Shown piece by piece: positions 21,101-30,200 of a stretch of 64,000 nt of DNA. The notes under the pieces are model-generated. The model saw only the letters and a program-made list of their open reading frames with translations, had not been told where the DNA came from and searched no databases. Numbering within the stretch: position 1 is the stretch's first letter; every line of letters starts with the position of its first letter. The stretch is taken from IMG/VR virus record IMGVR_UViG_3300025093_000012, positions 32,001 to 96,000 of that record. One strand, written 5' to 3'. The DNA is from a virus. Both the position numbers and the translations under genes were made by a program.

Positions 21101-24100
21101 CAACACCACTTGATAGTTTATATGCTTCAGCAACATCTTTTTCTATTTGTGATAATGAATCATATCCATCACTGATTATCTTTTTTCTAATATCTTCAAT
21201 AATCTCTTCAGGAATATTTTCAAAATTATTTTCAAAGAGTTCATTATATACTTCTTGATTTAATGATATAGGTCCTCCTTCAACTGTATCCTCTGCTTTT
21301 GCAACATCTCCTTCTGGAGAAGAACTTTCATACTTATTGATAGAGTTCATCTCATTCTTAATAGCATCCTCATTTGTATAGTTAAGGTCTGCAGCTAAGC
21401 CCCATTTTAACTCTGGTATTATATTAGCTGATAATCCTATTCCTTGTAACTCAGATACATTAGATAAGTTTCTTGGTAAGTTAGGTACAAAACTTTGATC
21501 ATTAAGTTTAATTTTTATACCTGCCTCTTTTGCTTGCGGGCTATTTTTTATTTTATTATTTATAGCAGTAGCAAAATCAGAAAGAGTTCTTATCTCTGCA
21601 AAGTCTGGTGCATTTAAAAATACACTCACTGATTCACCTTGCTTGTTTTTTACAGTAACTTCAAAACCACCTCTTTTATTAAACCTCATAAAGACATTTA
21701 ATCCAGGTTGGCTAGTTTGCACATAAAATATGTCAGCTATCTTATCAGTGGCTTGATCTCCTAATGTTTCAGGATCAAACTTATCAGTCTTAGTTTTAAA
21801 CTCACCCTTATCATCAGTTACATTATCTAATAACTCCTGTTGAGTTTCTTTTATATTAGTTACTACTTCTACACCAGCTTCTTTAGAAAGAGCATCCAGT
21901 TTAATTTCAAAGTATGAAATAGTACCATTTGGTAATGTAACAAACTGTACATATCTACCCATCCCTAATGCTGGTATAGTATCAAACCCATCCCTTCTTA
22001 ACTGTTCTGCAATAGCTGCGGTTATAGCTTGATCTGTTACAGACCCAGGTTCTAAATTATCAGTGGGTACTTTTTTAGATATTCTTACACCTCTCTTATC
22101 CTTTCTAGTATCATATATAATTGTATACTCTTCACCGTTGTATGTAAAGGTATTTGATTCTAAATCTTCATATGCCGTAGTTGCAGTCTGTCCACCTTTA
22201 AGAACTGGATTACCGTTAGCATTAACTCTCCAACCATTGTAACCAGGTGTTATATTAAGTTCTATGTTTTCAAGATCATTAATACCAAAAAATAAAGTAG
22301 GTGTACTACCAAGTTTAGATTTAAGTTCTTCTGTAATTAATTTAGCTTTTGAATAGTTTCTTCTAACTGATGCAGCTAACTCTTCTGCAGACTGACCTTT
22401 GTTCTTTATAAATAATCTTTCTGCTTGCTCTGCAGTAATTTTTGTAGCATCAATTGTACTACCATCTACATCTAACAATAATGTTTGATCTATACCTGCC
22501 ATAATACCTAATGGCTTTCCGTCAGACATAATTGTGATTTGGTATTTATTTACACCATATGCTAATAAAGGATTAGCAGCAAAACCTTCATTTACATTAT
22601 AGGGTTTTACCTTACCAGCTTCAATATCTTTTATTTGCTGATCATAATTAGGGTTTAACTCAACAAGCAATTCAAGATCTTTAATTTGTGTTGGAGTTAA
22701 CTCTCTAAGTTTCTTTTCAAAGTCTTCTTTATTGCTTAAATCTAAATCATCGTATTTACCATGTAATAAAAATCCAGGCATAACTTTAGCACCATTAAAA
22801 CCATATATAGTTAACGGATAAAACTGTGAAATTTTAGTTACTAGTGTACCTACTAAATTAACAGAAGCATCATCAACTCTTTGGAAACCTTGTGCTTCCC
22901 ATTGCTTCACAGTATAGAACTTCTCTTTTTTAGGTGTATTCTTGCTTTGTTCAGCATCAAGCGGCTCTAAGTAAATATTCTTAAACGTAGAAACCATTTT
23001 ATTAGAAGACTTAACCAGATATTTATTACCTACTGAATCTACCACAATATCACCACTCTTCAAAAATTGCCCAGCAAACTTAAATGTTTCATTCTTGGGC
23101 ATATTGTTTTGGTAATACTTATAAGCTTTCTTAGCTCTCTTAAATGCATCTTTACCTGTATAACCAAGTTGAATGTATTTACCATTTGGATCTATACTAC
23201 CAAACTTATCATATAGGTTGTTACCTTTACCGTCTACAATTGTATACACTACTTCAGTTTGACCATTGTCATCTACTGTAGTAGTCTTTAGAAGATTGAT
23301 TCCCATTACATCATCAGAGGCCACAACTTCTTCAGTGGCATCTAACTTATCTTTTGGTAATGTACCTTTCCCTGCAAACTCAGGAGATACATCAGAATAA
23401 TCTACATCTAAACGTGTTAAAAGACCATTAGTTCCAACTAAGAGTGGGTTACGTGCATTTGCTTTTAACCATTCATCCATTGTAGGATACTCTGTCTTAT
23501 CTATAGAGTCATCATTCTTATAGAACTCATTCAGCTCATACCTTGCTTGTAGTATATTCTTACCACCTTTCTTTGATGCTAACCACTTGTTCTTATCTAA
23601 AAATGGTCCATCTGTAACACTGTATGTAGCTTTATACTGCTGATAAAGTTTATCAAGTATCTCTTGTGTGTTCTTATCTGAGTTATAAAACTGTTGGTAC
23701 TTACTTCTACCTACAATACTTTCAAAATCAGGTGTTGCACCTTCTTCTGTTTCTTGCTGGCTTTCAGCTTGTGTTTCTTGTCTTTGTGCATCTACACTTT
23801 CTGCTGTTTCTACACTCTGTGATTTCTGTAAGTCAGATATTCTACTTTGTATTCTCTTAAATAATACTGGATCACTTTGAGCAGTAATCTTTCCTTCAGC
23901 ACTATAGTAGTTAGTAGGTATAATACCTCTTTCTAAAAATGCAATTGTCTCATCAGGATCAGGCTGCACACCTTCTTCTTCAGATAAAGTCTGTAACCAC
24001 TGAATACGTATCTTTTTATCTTGGTATCTCTTTAATTTTAAAGTTTGATTATTCTTATCCGTGTACTTCTCATACACTTCTTTCATTACACCAGAGATTC

Positions 24101-27100
24101 TCTCAATGTACTCATCCATATATTCAGGATTCATAAGAGTCATGTGAGCTCTATAATAATCTCCAGCTCTACCTTTCAGATAACCGTAGTCAATAATATC
24201 TACTAAAACACTCTTAAGATCTTTACCTTTTAAAGTATCTCCTTTTGCATCAGCTAAGAATGCTATATAATCTATAAATGCTTGCTGTAATCCAGAAGAC
24301 TTAATCTTTCTTCTATCAAATCTACCTATTCTTCTAGTTTTACCAACACCGTCCTTAGTTCCAAATATAGGTCTACCTTCTTCATCAAGAGCTACAATAT
24401 CTTGAAACTCAATTCCTTCACTTACAATAGCATATTCAGGATTAGTTAGTATATCACTTAAGACAGTTAAGAGTTCTAACTTTTTCTTTTTAAACTCAAT
24501 CTGTTCTTTCTCTTCTTTTGTCTTTCCTTCCTTCTTAACCTCTTCCTCTAACAAACCTAACTCTTTTACAAGTTTAGTTGGATCAGTTAAAATATCTATA
24601 TCTAAAGCTGTAAGAGATTCTAATGCTTCTTGGTTTCCAAGTTTGGTAAAGATTTCATTAGATCTTATAAGAGATGTTTCAAAAGTATTCTTAGTATATA
24701 AAGCCATTTCTCTTGCATGCTTAAATGCAACAGACTTTAATACTTCCTGCTGATACTCTCTTGTGCCTTTTTCAAACTTATCAGGCCTATATGGGTTTAT
24801 AAACTCTTCATTAAACTCATCATAGTTTTTCTCAACCTCATTTGCTCTATCCTCAAACTTATCTAATCTTTTTCTTAATGTAGATGCAGAAGATCTATTG
24901 TCTGGAAATGCTTCTTTTAAAGCCTTATCATCCATCTTCTTCATGTCTTGGATGTAGTCTTTAAATATTCCCATTCTTCCTGTAGCAAGTACAGTATTTA
25001 AATGAGAGAAGATTGCTGCATCAGCTGCATCATAATAACTTAAAATATCTCCAGCATCTGCTGCTGCAAACATTGTTTGATTATATGCTTTTTGAGTAAG
25101 TAGGTTTATTCTATCAGGATTAAAAAACTTATCTGGATCAGCATACACATTATTAAGTTGTTCTACAGCATTAGCAATAACTTTTTCTTTATTATCTACA
25201 AACTCCTGCCACTGCCCATCCTTCATTATTTTACTCTTACCCCATCTAAATATATTTGGAACACTGTCCATCATAAATTTCTGAGGGCCTTGAACTAAAC
25301 CACCCATAAGGAATCCAGACATAAACACTTTAAATCCTTCACCACTCATTTGTGATCCCATACCTCTACTTACAGCATCCATAATATCTAATGACGGATT
25401 TCTTTGTAATGTATCTGTACCTAAGAAAGTTCTTCTAGCATTATTATAGTTCTCTGTCATTTCTGCTAACTGCATATCAATATCAGCTGATAGATCTAAA
25501 CTATATAAACCATCGTAGTATGATCTAATTCCAGCAGATGATGCTTCTTGAGCTAATTCTTGAAAACCTTCAGCAAAATTTGCTACAGAATATTTTAAAC
25601 CAGTTGCAGCTAAATGTTTCATAGAACCTCTAGCACCAGCTTTATACATTCTTCTAAATGTCTCTCCTATAATCCACTCCTTCCCTAAATCACTAAAAGG
25701 CTTTTTACCAGCCTTAGTTCCACCAAAGAATATTCTACCAAATCTACTGTCTAGTGCATCATCCATTACCCTACCTAAAGGTCTAAAACCTCTCATAGCT
25801 GGACCAAGAACTAACTTATTAGATAAGTAAATGATTGGTAAGTTTATCATCTGATTAGTAAATGCAGCTTGCCTTGCATCAGACGCAATCATATTCAGTT
25901 GCTCTTGTGTTGGAGCACTATTATTATTGTACTTGTATATATCTTCATACAATGACATTCTTCTTTCAGCCTCAGTCATACCACCTTCCATCTTAGACTC
26001 TGACCACGCTAAGTTAACAGCTCTAATATCTCTATAGAATCCACCAAGATGAGCATTAGCTCTAGCTATGTTTGTCATGTTCTCTCCAGCTTTAGCTGCA
26101 GTTCTGACTTTATGAAAAGAATATAATGTTTCTGGTGTAAGAAATCTAGCCATACCAAGACCAAGCTTAGTACCACCACTTCTTACAGCAGTATAAAATG
26201 ATTTAGCTGCATCAAAGTTTTTTAACTTACCCAGCATTTTAGAACCAGCTGATGCATATGTTTTTACATCTGCTAATCTAGATAAAGCCTTCACAAATCT
26301 ACCTGCATTATATGCAGTTCTTGTAGCTAATGCACCAGCTGTACCACCACCACTAAAGTATGTTGCTAAAGCTAATACAGCTTCTTCTACCATTATGTTA
26401 GAGACAATACCAAATGTATAAGCACTATTTACATATAAATCATTAAAGAATCCTCTTGTACCACCACTAGATGATCTACCAATTCTCATTGCATCATCCA
26501 TTGCTTGTGCACCTTGCATATCAGATAGACTTGTTCTTCCTGAAAATGCATCAGCTATAGATCTATAACTAGAAGTAAATGCATCATCAAACATTGAAGA
26601 GAATGCAGCACGTGATCTAGTAAAGTTATCCCATTTACTAGAATTAGTATTATAGTATGCATCATTATTAGCAAAAGGATGAAAACCTAAATCTTTAAAT
26701 CTAGGATGATGGTAGTATCTATCCATCTCATACTTTCTACTATTGTAACTTACAGGATGTGTATATGCAGGAGTTGATGTAGGACTCTCTAAAGCAGAAG
26801 TTAAATTTTCACCTGATGCAAAAAATGCTTTTCTACCTGCTGCAGAATTTAAATTAAAGTTACCTGTATCAGCTTCAAAAGGATTAAATGCATCACCAGC
26901 ATTTCCTGGATGTGCAGTATTCATATTACTATTAGGCAATTGAACTGCATATTTAGACATATCAACAGCATGCTGATCAATCATATCTCTAAACGGTTGA
27001 TCATCAAATGCTGGTTGTGATGCAATTGCAATATCAACAGCACCATTAAATGAACTATCATCAACCATTGCTACAGGATCAAACCTGTAAGGAATATCAA

Positions 27101-27266
27101 TAGCTCCTGTTCCAGGACCAACAACATCTTCTGGAAAATTATCAACTGCAATTTGATTTGCATCAACAGTTGACTCCATTGGCAAACTTACTTCAGGTGT
27201 ATTGCTTAATGATGCATCTGGCGTAACATTTGGAGATACAGGTAAATTTTCATTTAATTCTGCCAT
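12177..27266 (-). CDS. giant virion-packaged RNA polymerase (crAss-type two-barrel RNAP) fused to a zincin and an N-terminal membrane-like region
   Basis: GADFDIDK catalytic motif (15315-15329), upstream RIP, TDNAK, FLKMS and SASK motifs as in crAss-like vRNAPs; HEAFH (20550-20564); 5029 aa. Confidence 0.88.
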   Translation of the reverse strand: MAELNENLPVSPNVTPDASLSNTPEVSLPMESTVDANQIAVDNFPEDVVGPGTGAIDIPYRFDPVAMVDDSSFNGAVDIAIASQPAFDDQPFRDMIDQHAVDMSKYAVQLPNSNMNTAHPGNAGDAFNPFEADTGNFNLNSAAGRKAFFASGENLTSALESPTSTPAYTHPVSYNSRKYEMDRYYHHPRFKDLGFHPFANNDAYYNTNSSKWDNFTRSRAAFSSMFDDAFTSSYRSIADAFSGRTSLSDMQGAQAMDDAMRIGRSSSGGTRGFFNDLYVNSAYTFGIVSNIMVEEAVLALATYFSGGGTAGALATRTAYNAGRFVKALSRLADVKTYASAGSKMLGKLKNFDAAKSFYTAVRSGGTKLGLGMARFLTPETLYSFHKVRTAAKAGENMTNIARANAHLGGFYRDIRAVNLAWSESKMEGGMTEAERRMSLYEDIYKYNNNSAPTQEQLNMIASDARQAAFTNQMINLPIIYLSNKLVLGPAMRGFRPLGRVMDDALDSRFGRIFFGGTKAGKKPFSDLGKEWIIGETFRRMYKAGARGSMKHLAATGLKYSVANFAEGFQELAQEASSAGIRSYYDGLYSLDLSADIDMQLAEMTENYNNARRTFLGTDTLQRNPSLDIMDAVSRGMGSQMSGEGFKVFMSGFLMGGLVQGPQKFMMDSVPNIFRWGKSKIMKDGQWQEFVDNKEKVIANAVEQLNNVYADPDKFFNPDRINLLTQKAYNQTMFAAADAGDILSYYDAADAAIFSHLNTVLATGRMGIFKDYIQDMKKMDDKALKEAFPDNRSSASTLRKRLDKFEDRANEVEKNYDEFNEEFINPYRPDKFEKGTREYQQEVLKSVAFKHAREMALYTKNTFETSLIRSNEIFTKLGNQEALESLTALDIDILTDPTKLVKELGLLEEEVKKEGKTKEEKEQIEFKKKKLELLTVLSDILTNPEYAIVSEGIEFQDIVALDEEGRPIFGTKDGVGKTRRIGRFDRRKIKSSGLQQAFIDYIAFLADAKGDTLKGKDLKSVLVDIIDYGYLKGRAGDYYRAHMTLMNPEYMDEYIERISGVMKEVYEKYTDKNNQTLKLKRYQDKKIRIQWLQTLSEEEGVQPDPDETIAFLERGIIPTNYYSAEGKITAQSDPVLFKRIQSRISDLQKSQSVETAESVDAQRQETQAESQQETEEGATPDFESIVGRSKYQQFYNSDKNTQEILDKLYQQYKATYSVTDGPFLDKNKWLASKKGGKNILQARYELNEFYKNDDSIDKTEYPTMDEWLKANARNPLLVGTNGLLTRLDVDYSDVSPEFAGKGTLPKDKLDATEEVVASDDVMGINLLKTTTVDDNGQTEVVYTIVDGKGNNLYDKFGSIDPNGKYIQLGYTGKDAFKRAKKAYKYYQNNMPKNETFKFAGQFLKSGDIVVDSVGNKYLVKSSNKMVSTFKNIYLEPLDAEQSKNTPKKEKFYTVKQWEAQGFQRVDDASVNLVGTLVTKISQFYPLTIYGFNGAKVMPGFLLHGKYDDLDLSNKEDFEKKLRELTPTQIKDLELLVELNPNYDQQIKDIEAGKVKPYNVNEGFAANPLLAYGVNKYQITIMSDGKPLGIMAGIDQTLLLDVDGSTIDATKITAEQAERLFIKNKGQSAEELAASVRRNYSKAKLITEELKSKLGSTPTLFFGINDLENIELNITPGYNGWRVNANGNPVLKGGQTATTAYEDLESNTFTYNGEEYTIIYDTRKDKRGVRISKKVPTDNLEPGSVTDQAITAAIAEQLRRDGFDTIPALGMGRYVQFVTLPNGTISYFEIKLDALSKEAGVEVVTNIKETQQELLDNVTDDKGEFKTKTDKFDPETLGDQATDKIADIFYVQTSQPGLNVFMRFNKRGGFEVTVKNKQGESVSVFLNAPDFAEIRTLSDFATAINNKIKNSPQAKEAGIKIKLNDQSFVPNLPRNLSNVSELQGIGLSANIIPELKWGLAADLNYTNEDAIKNEMNSINKYESSSPEGDVAKAEDTVEGGPISLNQEVYNELFENNFENIPEEIIEDIRKKIISDGYDSLSQIEKDVAEAYKLSSGVDLALATDNSTIEAATQKDEDGLQAEYNNQDLASLIAEKEIELKALRVSLRNQFIKEFKEANPGQTKGQYNLQALNAVKNSEEVQKLEKEIKSLKEKLIGKIVSDKFDGRNVEEINEFIKWANDNLPEYIQIKDIEDLGRRLISNGITLGAFVIELGKVSKGIEALSGSLYVGKETGFRYHEAFHAVFRMMLSEAEITKFLGIARDNVRSLMKTSKGYEIESGVFVKTMAEARAYMKTLSQTYADMDNKTLDSTIFEEYLADQFELFKINPRSSKVDTEVKSFFQRLIDFIKSIFLSYSKGDLQGLFNDINTGKYKAAPIQKNRFTESAITDSTILEQTGAPSNIAFAIRKGDPIPSSRLIGRTDDTEIYYINNYFTQQETETIVGSITANFFRAQEKLTKANDFNGKYNPKELLDRVIDEYIEEQDPARTDEEGNLYYAEDENFFDYSDQLEERYEGLRTYKDDVRKSVSDLLNLFDTQIEDQQVVLDRNALALDASLKNDEDFEASANEIGGFKSVSKGIRVFFATRLKSVIDPLTGKQTLAPVNYVNTYNTFMKALAGITDPNQMLARLKYFENQNDDTRAVIGDLFAKFNLSEYTLEQLLNGNYNVDQVRSQGFFQAVLKGFTQLRSDYYQLEVDQNAKLVNIFKATSRDDASTQIDNWQDHYATLVDGLTDKEGLRNSAQAVFERIEFLAGKDQIDSAVLDKAAREISSDLFNKVGIDVTALTVKFIILNNGVTNKNDDQNTFMKLYASSVPTPTFNLEDVQEIGVAISLHGRTEDGRVKANLYYDQIEEDVTEDTSTGQETGTDVKFRIKKLAQLNAVFDSTVGATVFRNAEGKLIYAHQMPTYNLEKVAELNSEDAMDELLDNPFLTKQFMLTDPRFRDLVVSGKLRISRMGGVKYTNLEADENGNFKANNKLKDNKNNKTFGDVSGAEFQALAINLYLSDYNNSTGELKERYHLDENGKRVPYATSLQNITVISESNTADFVPLPVLMTVALKNGKSELTDETVERFEDAVIRTETERINREKFEKEGFTEDEVFGYNDSASGRAFKFYNGRNLLSKSKTRVTKLNSLGENQGLALNAEARKTLENRKEDESQLFILSNDQVQRLDLNRSRQVVGSIYTTGKSNELSSEKYMIEYQGVQSSENYSIEELLALLGGDISQTKTKQNNNMLYLGDTQYFVRTGAIKQWLQGKQTFDIATLRKMNSVEQQMFDALGVTEVTEEVDFEQKDVNDQVIEMFEKAANEDPNFDYDKTKAEIEAELGISVRDLIKERLEQEFNEHLTILQNNKTLDSVDKRITGTLATSTGTNNKITKKSAERLNLIANNPDNHNLKQIFYNEWLNRTLFKQILLQDPSMLFKNSVDEIKRAKALNAAGPSAQSLIAAPYVYDSAGNIKSGLGVNHKVNHISLMTFEDIETPARFGRKGTEDKPVTSTDAQLYYTSKAFRYLMFGIGSLNTAQARIMDRVDAGENISLDEFYGAGITQQGYKALGGIMNSKKFVYFDGEVFLKMSAFVLSKNLTSDPETNFEKALPDTVHLHNLRVAMESVEANGVDTIAIAVPASASKTAKKNIIPKEVILNPNFNLSDQAQYDDFVNSGYVTDLSAKYMRLQQITPSNKGTITDPTQIKQLITSEQDNSVRVTVGDKEMSLGEVRALYNKTLGDRVEIKYLQRRNLIFDFQRAQDELQDSIELGTVTVDLHAFLKYAQQALAASGAGPQFMEIFEMDETGSQKYDLNNPITQNKFQQLFLAFFSKGEVSEKVAGDSFALVSNFGKKFYKRALAVDEVGNPTRWEVIRREDYLKNRQELAKTEYDNQDNRTFVGLQVGDIYLDELRMNVKEYDKNGNETGLTYSETAMPAWDVRLNKIKADQPIPDVVAKMFGVRIPSQDKHSAINLKVVDFLPVEYGSSAMFPTELVEISGADFDIDKLYTHFKEFYVKDGEFIEYGATENVDQQYQEYIDYMIADAKKKGTSMSYAVDLWKSRGRITDPAKVNDLSLPSDSIIGALKILSLPVTKDEFIQYKEKFDRLPYTAAQSNEAINLKYAMLGNKGMTEGRFDRPVGAAYEPAVLDPVEEVWNEIEESLPELADLVREEGVIIESPVGMYRSWVNNKAGAGAIGAAVLPNIIVNMLKEYNISLRSTNRLGPIAGGNISINDYNYTSFKGDYFIDPATGKPLTSGDRKQFVISALVTAATDNAKERLLGKLGLNKNALATTVGLVSLGVDLKTAIMLINQPTVREIYARAEAGEASMTALLNEAIDELAAQNDDAITNAKKTKVTTDMLINEIRNPGEIDSTEKLATLLLFRNATVLSSTLGDLQVLSTNTSFDFTSIDDINRAYQKMESVGLFMSEKEWAESSIPVDARSLFDKNKTFQGRYAAILDNLTQTMPSVFVTMSPTFLRFKNAAMQNIPFAQEPKVAKDLLSYFIVKAYMKALSDNGNAKLNVSLDNGFIYDEMAGPITINSVVNNIRTVLKSKGQSNAFMDFVAKKDTNNPANKAMINMLVGKTWTNLNASQVTQLQNGLRDLYAMPELREDVRHIIHYLILKDGLQYARDTFLDIIPVPLLDDILNVSGRVTNLFDNDRVSDGQFVSMFGDTQTELLKEWVEGYSQSRGNIYFLSEIKRRQRGPVQVIKQKSKVKTRQKAILVEENEEGQYTIDINANFSKTKKTKKETRKKGRYQDFELSMNRERNTKAIVRAGRFATAKQDVPKKGGGTQTIDLIGFPMIIKMDVAPPAKPGQRKKADVREFKLVYLYTPKQAGNYQDMIDFTNENIAYGLRAKYEEVEAKGSMQQYDAGFVHGDRSDYKYLQEKKDQRDSATNTSESSMEKWAAAASQDPTGMGKPGVRVNATDKNYTVENVAGQTGNVKVTVEVTDPTPSQLEQIQRMSEQNVEEGPSIDTEGRSVKIKAKEDPNADYTTIETEWDNITPDAKREISENRKISSVEEAIAAYKASNSLFPISQEDWMETLKNCK

Positions 27267-27277
27267 AGTATTATGTC

Positions 27278-30200
27278 TTATTGGTTTCCTTGGATTTCGT
27301 CAGAAATCTTTTTATTATTCACACCAAGGTTATGTAATCTTTGATTTTGAACTATTCTATGTCTATCTAATTGTTTAGCATCAAGATTTAATACAGTAGC
27401 TGATACTGGATCAGGAACAATGTTTCCTGTCTTTGGATCTACACCATATGTTGTAAATTCTTGTATATATTGTCCTTTGCTATTTTGATATATAGTAAAG
27501 TTACCCCCGTTTGCAATAAATGGACTTTCATATCTACCGTCTCTAGCAATTGTAGAAGCTACTTGATTTATTATTTGATTATCACTCTTGTATGCATTAT
27601 TATCATATGATTCAGGATACATAATAGTAATACCATTTTGCAATAACTTAAAATCATTCTCACTTAAATTACTTTTTCTAGAGTTAATGTAATCATCTGA
27701 AAATCTAATATGTCTTGCAGCCACCTGTTGATCTGCAGGTTGTTCTGGTCCACCTGCTTTTTCTACATAAGTATCATTAATAACAAACCTACTATCAGTT
27801 TTATCAGGAAGACCTCTTCTAAGATCTGTAAAAGCTCCTTCTAAAAATCCTCTTGCTGTTGGATTCTCTTCTATATCAGCATATGGAGTACCACGTTCAT
27901 CACCAAAAGTAATTCTTAAATCAGCTTTAGGTGTATTATAGAATACATTCACAAGATCTTTCATCTGTTCTGTAGCTTGTGCACTTGGAGCAGCAACATC
28001 ATAAACACTAGAATATTGATTCTCTAAAATCTGATCACCGTATTCTGTTTGTCCTAATGTATAAGCTCTTCTATCAAATGTAAGCTCCATATCATCTGCA
28101 GCTGCATCATCACCCATAGTATTCATATTAGAAACAAAATCATCATAAAGAGAATCTGCATCATTAGCTGCTTTTTCATCATTAAATGCCCACCTATTAT
28201 TCATGACTGTTTCAGCTGTATACTCACTAGTCATTTGAGTATAACTATCACGGGCCCAGTACTCATATCTTTTTGTCTCTCTATCATCACCAAAGAACCC
28301 TCTCTTATCTCTCATCCAGAAAGGATAGTCATCCATATCCCAATTATTCGTACTTATAGCTCTATTTATTTGAGCCATATCAGCTGAAGTACCTCTCATT
28401 ACAGAACTATATATCTGTCTATATTCATCTTTACCAACCATCCTATATGTTGGTTGACCATTTGCATCTAACATAGGATGCTCATAATCAGGAGATGACA
28501 TTATTTCATTAACCTCTTGTGGGCTATGGCCTTGTTTATATAATTGTATTTCTCCTTCTGAAAGAATAATCCCTGGTATTTCTTGAATAGGCTTTCCGTC
28601 ATTACCATTTCCTTTATAACCACTATATCTACCAAGATTACCTTGCTCTAATTCATTTGCTAAAGTAAAATCATGAATATTTTTATATATTCTATTTTGT
28701 TCATTTTCAGCATCAATCATAACTTGTTGTTGAGTATTTAAATCCTCAACATATGCACCTATCTGTTGTGTAATAGCAACACCTTCTGTTGTTTGTGTAA
28801 GTGTAGGAAAGTTAAGATTAACTACTGAACCATCTTGTAGAGTAACATAAGGTGCATCTGAGTCTCCTGGTTTAGTAGTTGTAAAGAAATTAATTAGACC
28901 ATTAGTTCTATTATCTAAAAACTGAAGATTAGCTTGATTATATCCTTCGTATTGTTTTTTAATATCCTCTTTTGTAAGAGTACTACCTGATGGTCTAGCA
29001 TCATACATTTGATCTATAAATTCATCAGTAACCTCAACAGGAGAAAGATCAGCAAACATTTGATCTACTGTACCAACTTTTACTTGACCATTTGGATATT
29101 GTGTATTTTGAACAGTATATTCAAACTGTCCACCTCCTTTATAACCACCTGTACCTTGAAATTCAGCTGGAAGGTTTTGTGCTAAAAACTCATAAAACTC
29201 TTTAGAAGTTTTATTATAAGCTCTTGTTTGTTGTATAGTAGCAGCTTCATTTCTTTCCATCATTGTATGAAGTCCAACTGGATCACCACTTATAGCCTCA
29301 TCACCAGGTAATTGTATAACACCACCAAACAAATCTGCAGCTGCTGCTTGATTATCCATATCTTTCAAAGCTACATCATACTCAAACTTTTTAGCCATCT
29401 TAGCCATGTCATAAGCATGCTGAGCATTCATTCTAGATAATGCAAACTGATGTTGCATTTCTAATTGTTTAAATGGATTAGCTTTTAATGTTCTTTCAGC
29501 ATCTATCATGCTGTATGCTTTTGCAGCAGCCAACATTTTAGGAGCCATATTACCACCCATATATGCACTATAAGCTATATTCATAAGCTTATTTACATCA
29601 TCAGTTGGTTGTCTTACTTCCTTTAGACTTTGCTCAGTAGCTTTTTTATTTGCTTCAGCAATAGAAAGATTGTATGCATTCAAAGCAAGAGCTTCCTCAG
29701 CAGATGAGCCAGGAGTTATATTATTTCTTTTAGCCCATTCTTTCCAATTGTTATCTGCTTGTACAGCATTTTCATAAACAGCATTATCATTAACTAGCTT
29801 CTTAGTTTGCTCATCAGCATATACCTCAATTGTTTGTTGAGCCCATGCTTGTTCTGCTTGCTGTCTCCCACCATACTGTTCAGCATTTTCTTTACCAAAA
29901 TTATATGCTTTAACCTGTGCTTCTAACATATAAGCTTGACGCACTTGTGGATCTTGCATTACTGTATTTTGAATATACTCAGCAGCTGGATTTGAATAAA
30001 TAGGAATTGGTTGTTTATTATCATCATAAATTAATGAGCCATCTTGATTTCTTTGATAACCTGTAACTTGACTTGTAAGAGCATTACCATTCTGTGTAGT
30101 AACAATCCAATCACCTTCTAGTGTAGTTTGTTTTACTTTTAAACCACTGTCTTTTAGTGCCTCAAAAGATTTCTCATATAAATTAGGGTTAGATATATAT

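Noticed and set aside
12177-27266. Intein or group I intron in the RNAP or nrdJ
   Set aside because: Frames are continuous and no intein splice-junction or LAGLIDADG/HNH motifs were recognised. A degenerate element cannot be excluded without an HMM search.
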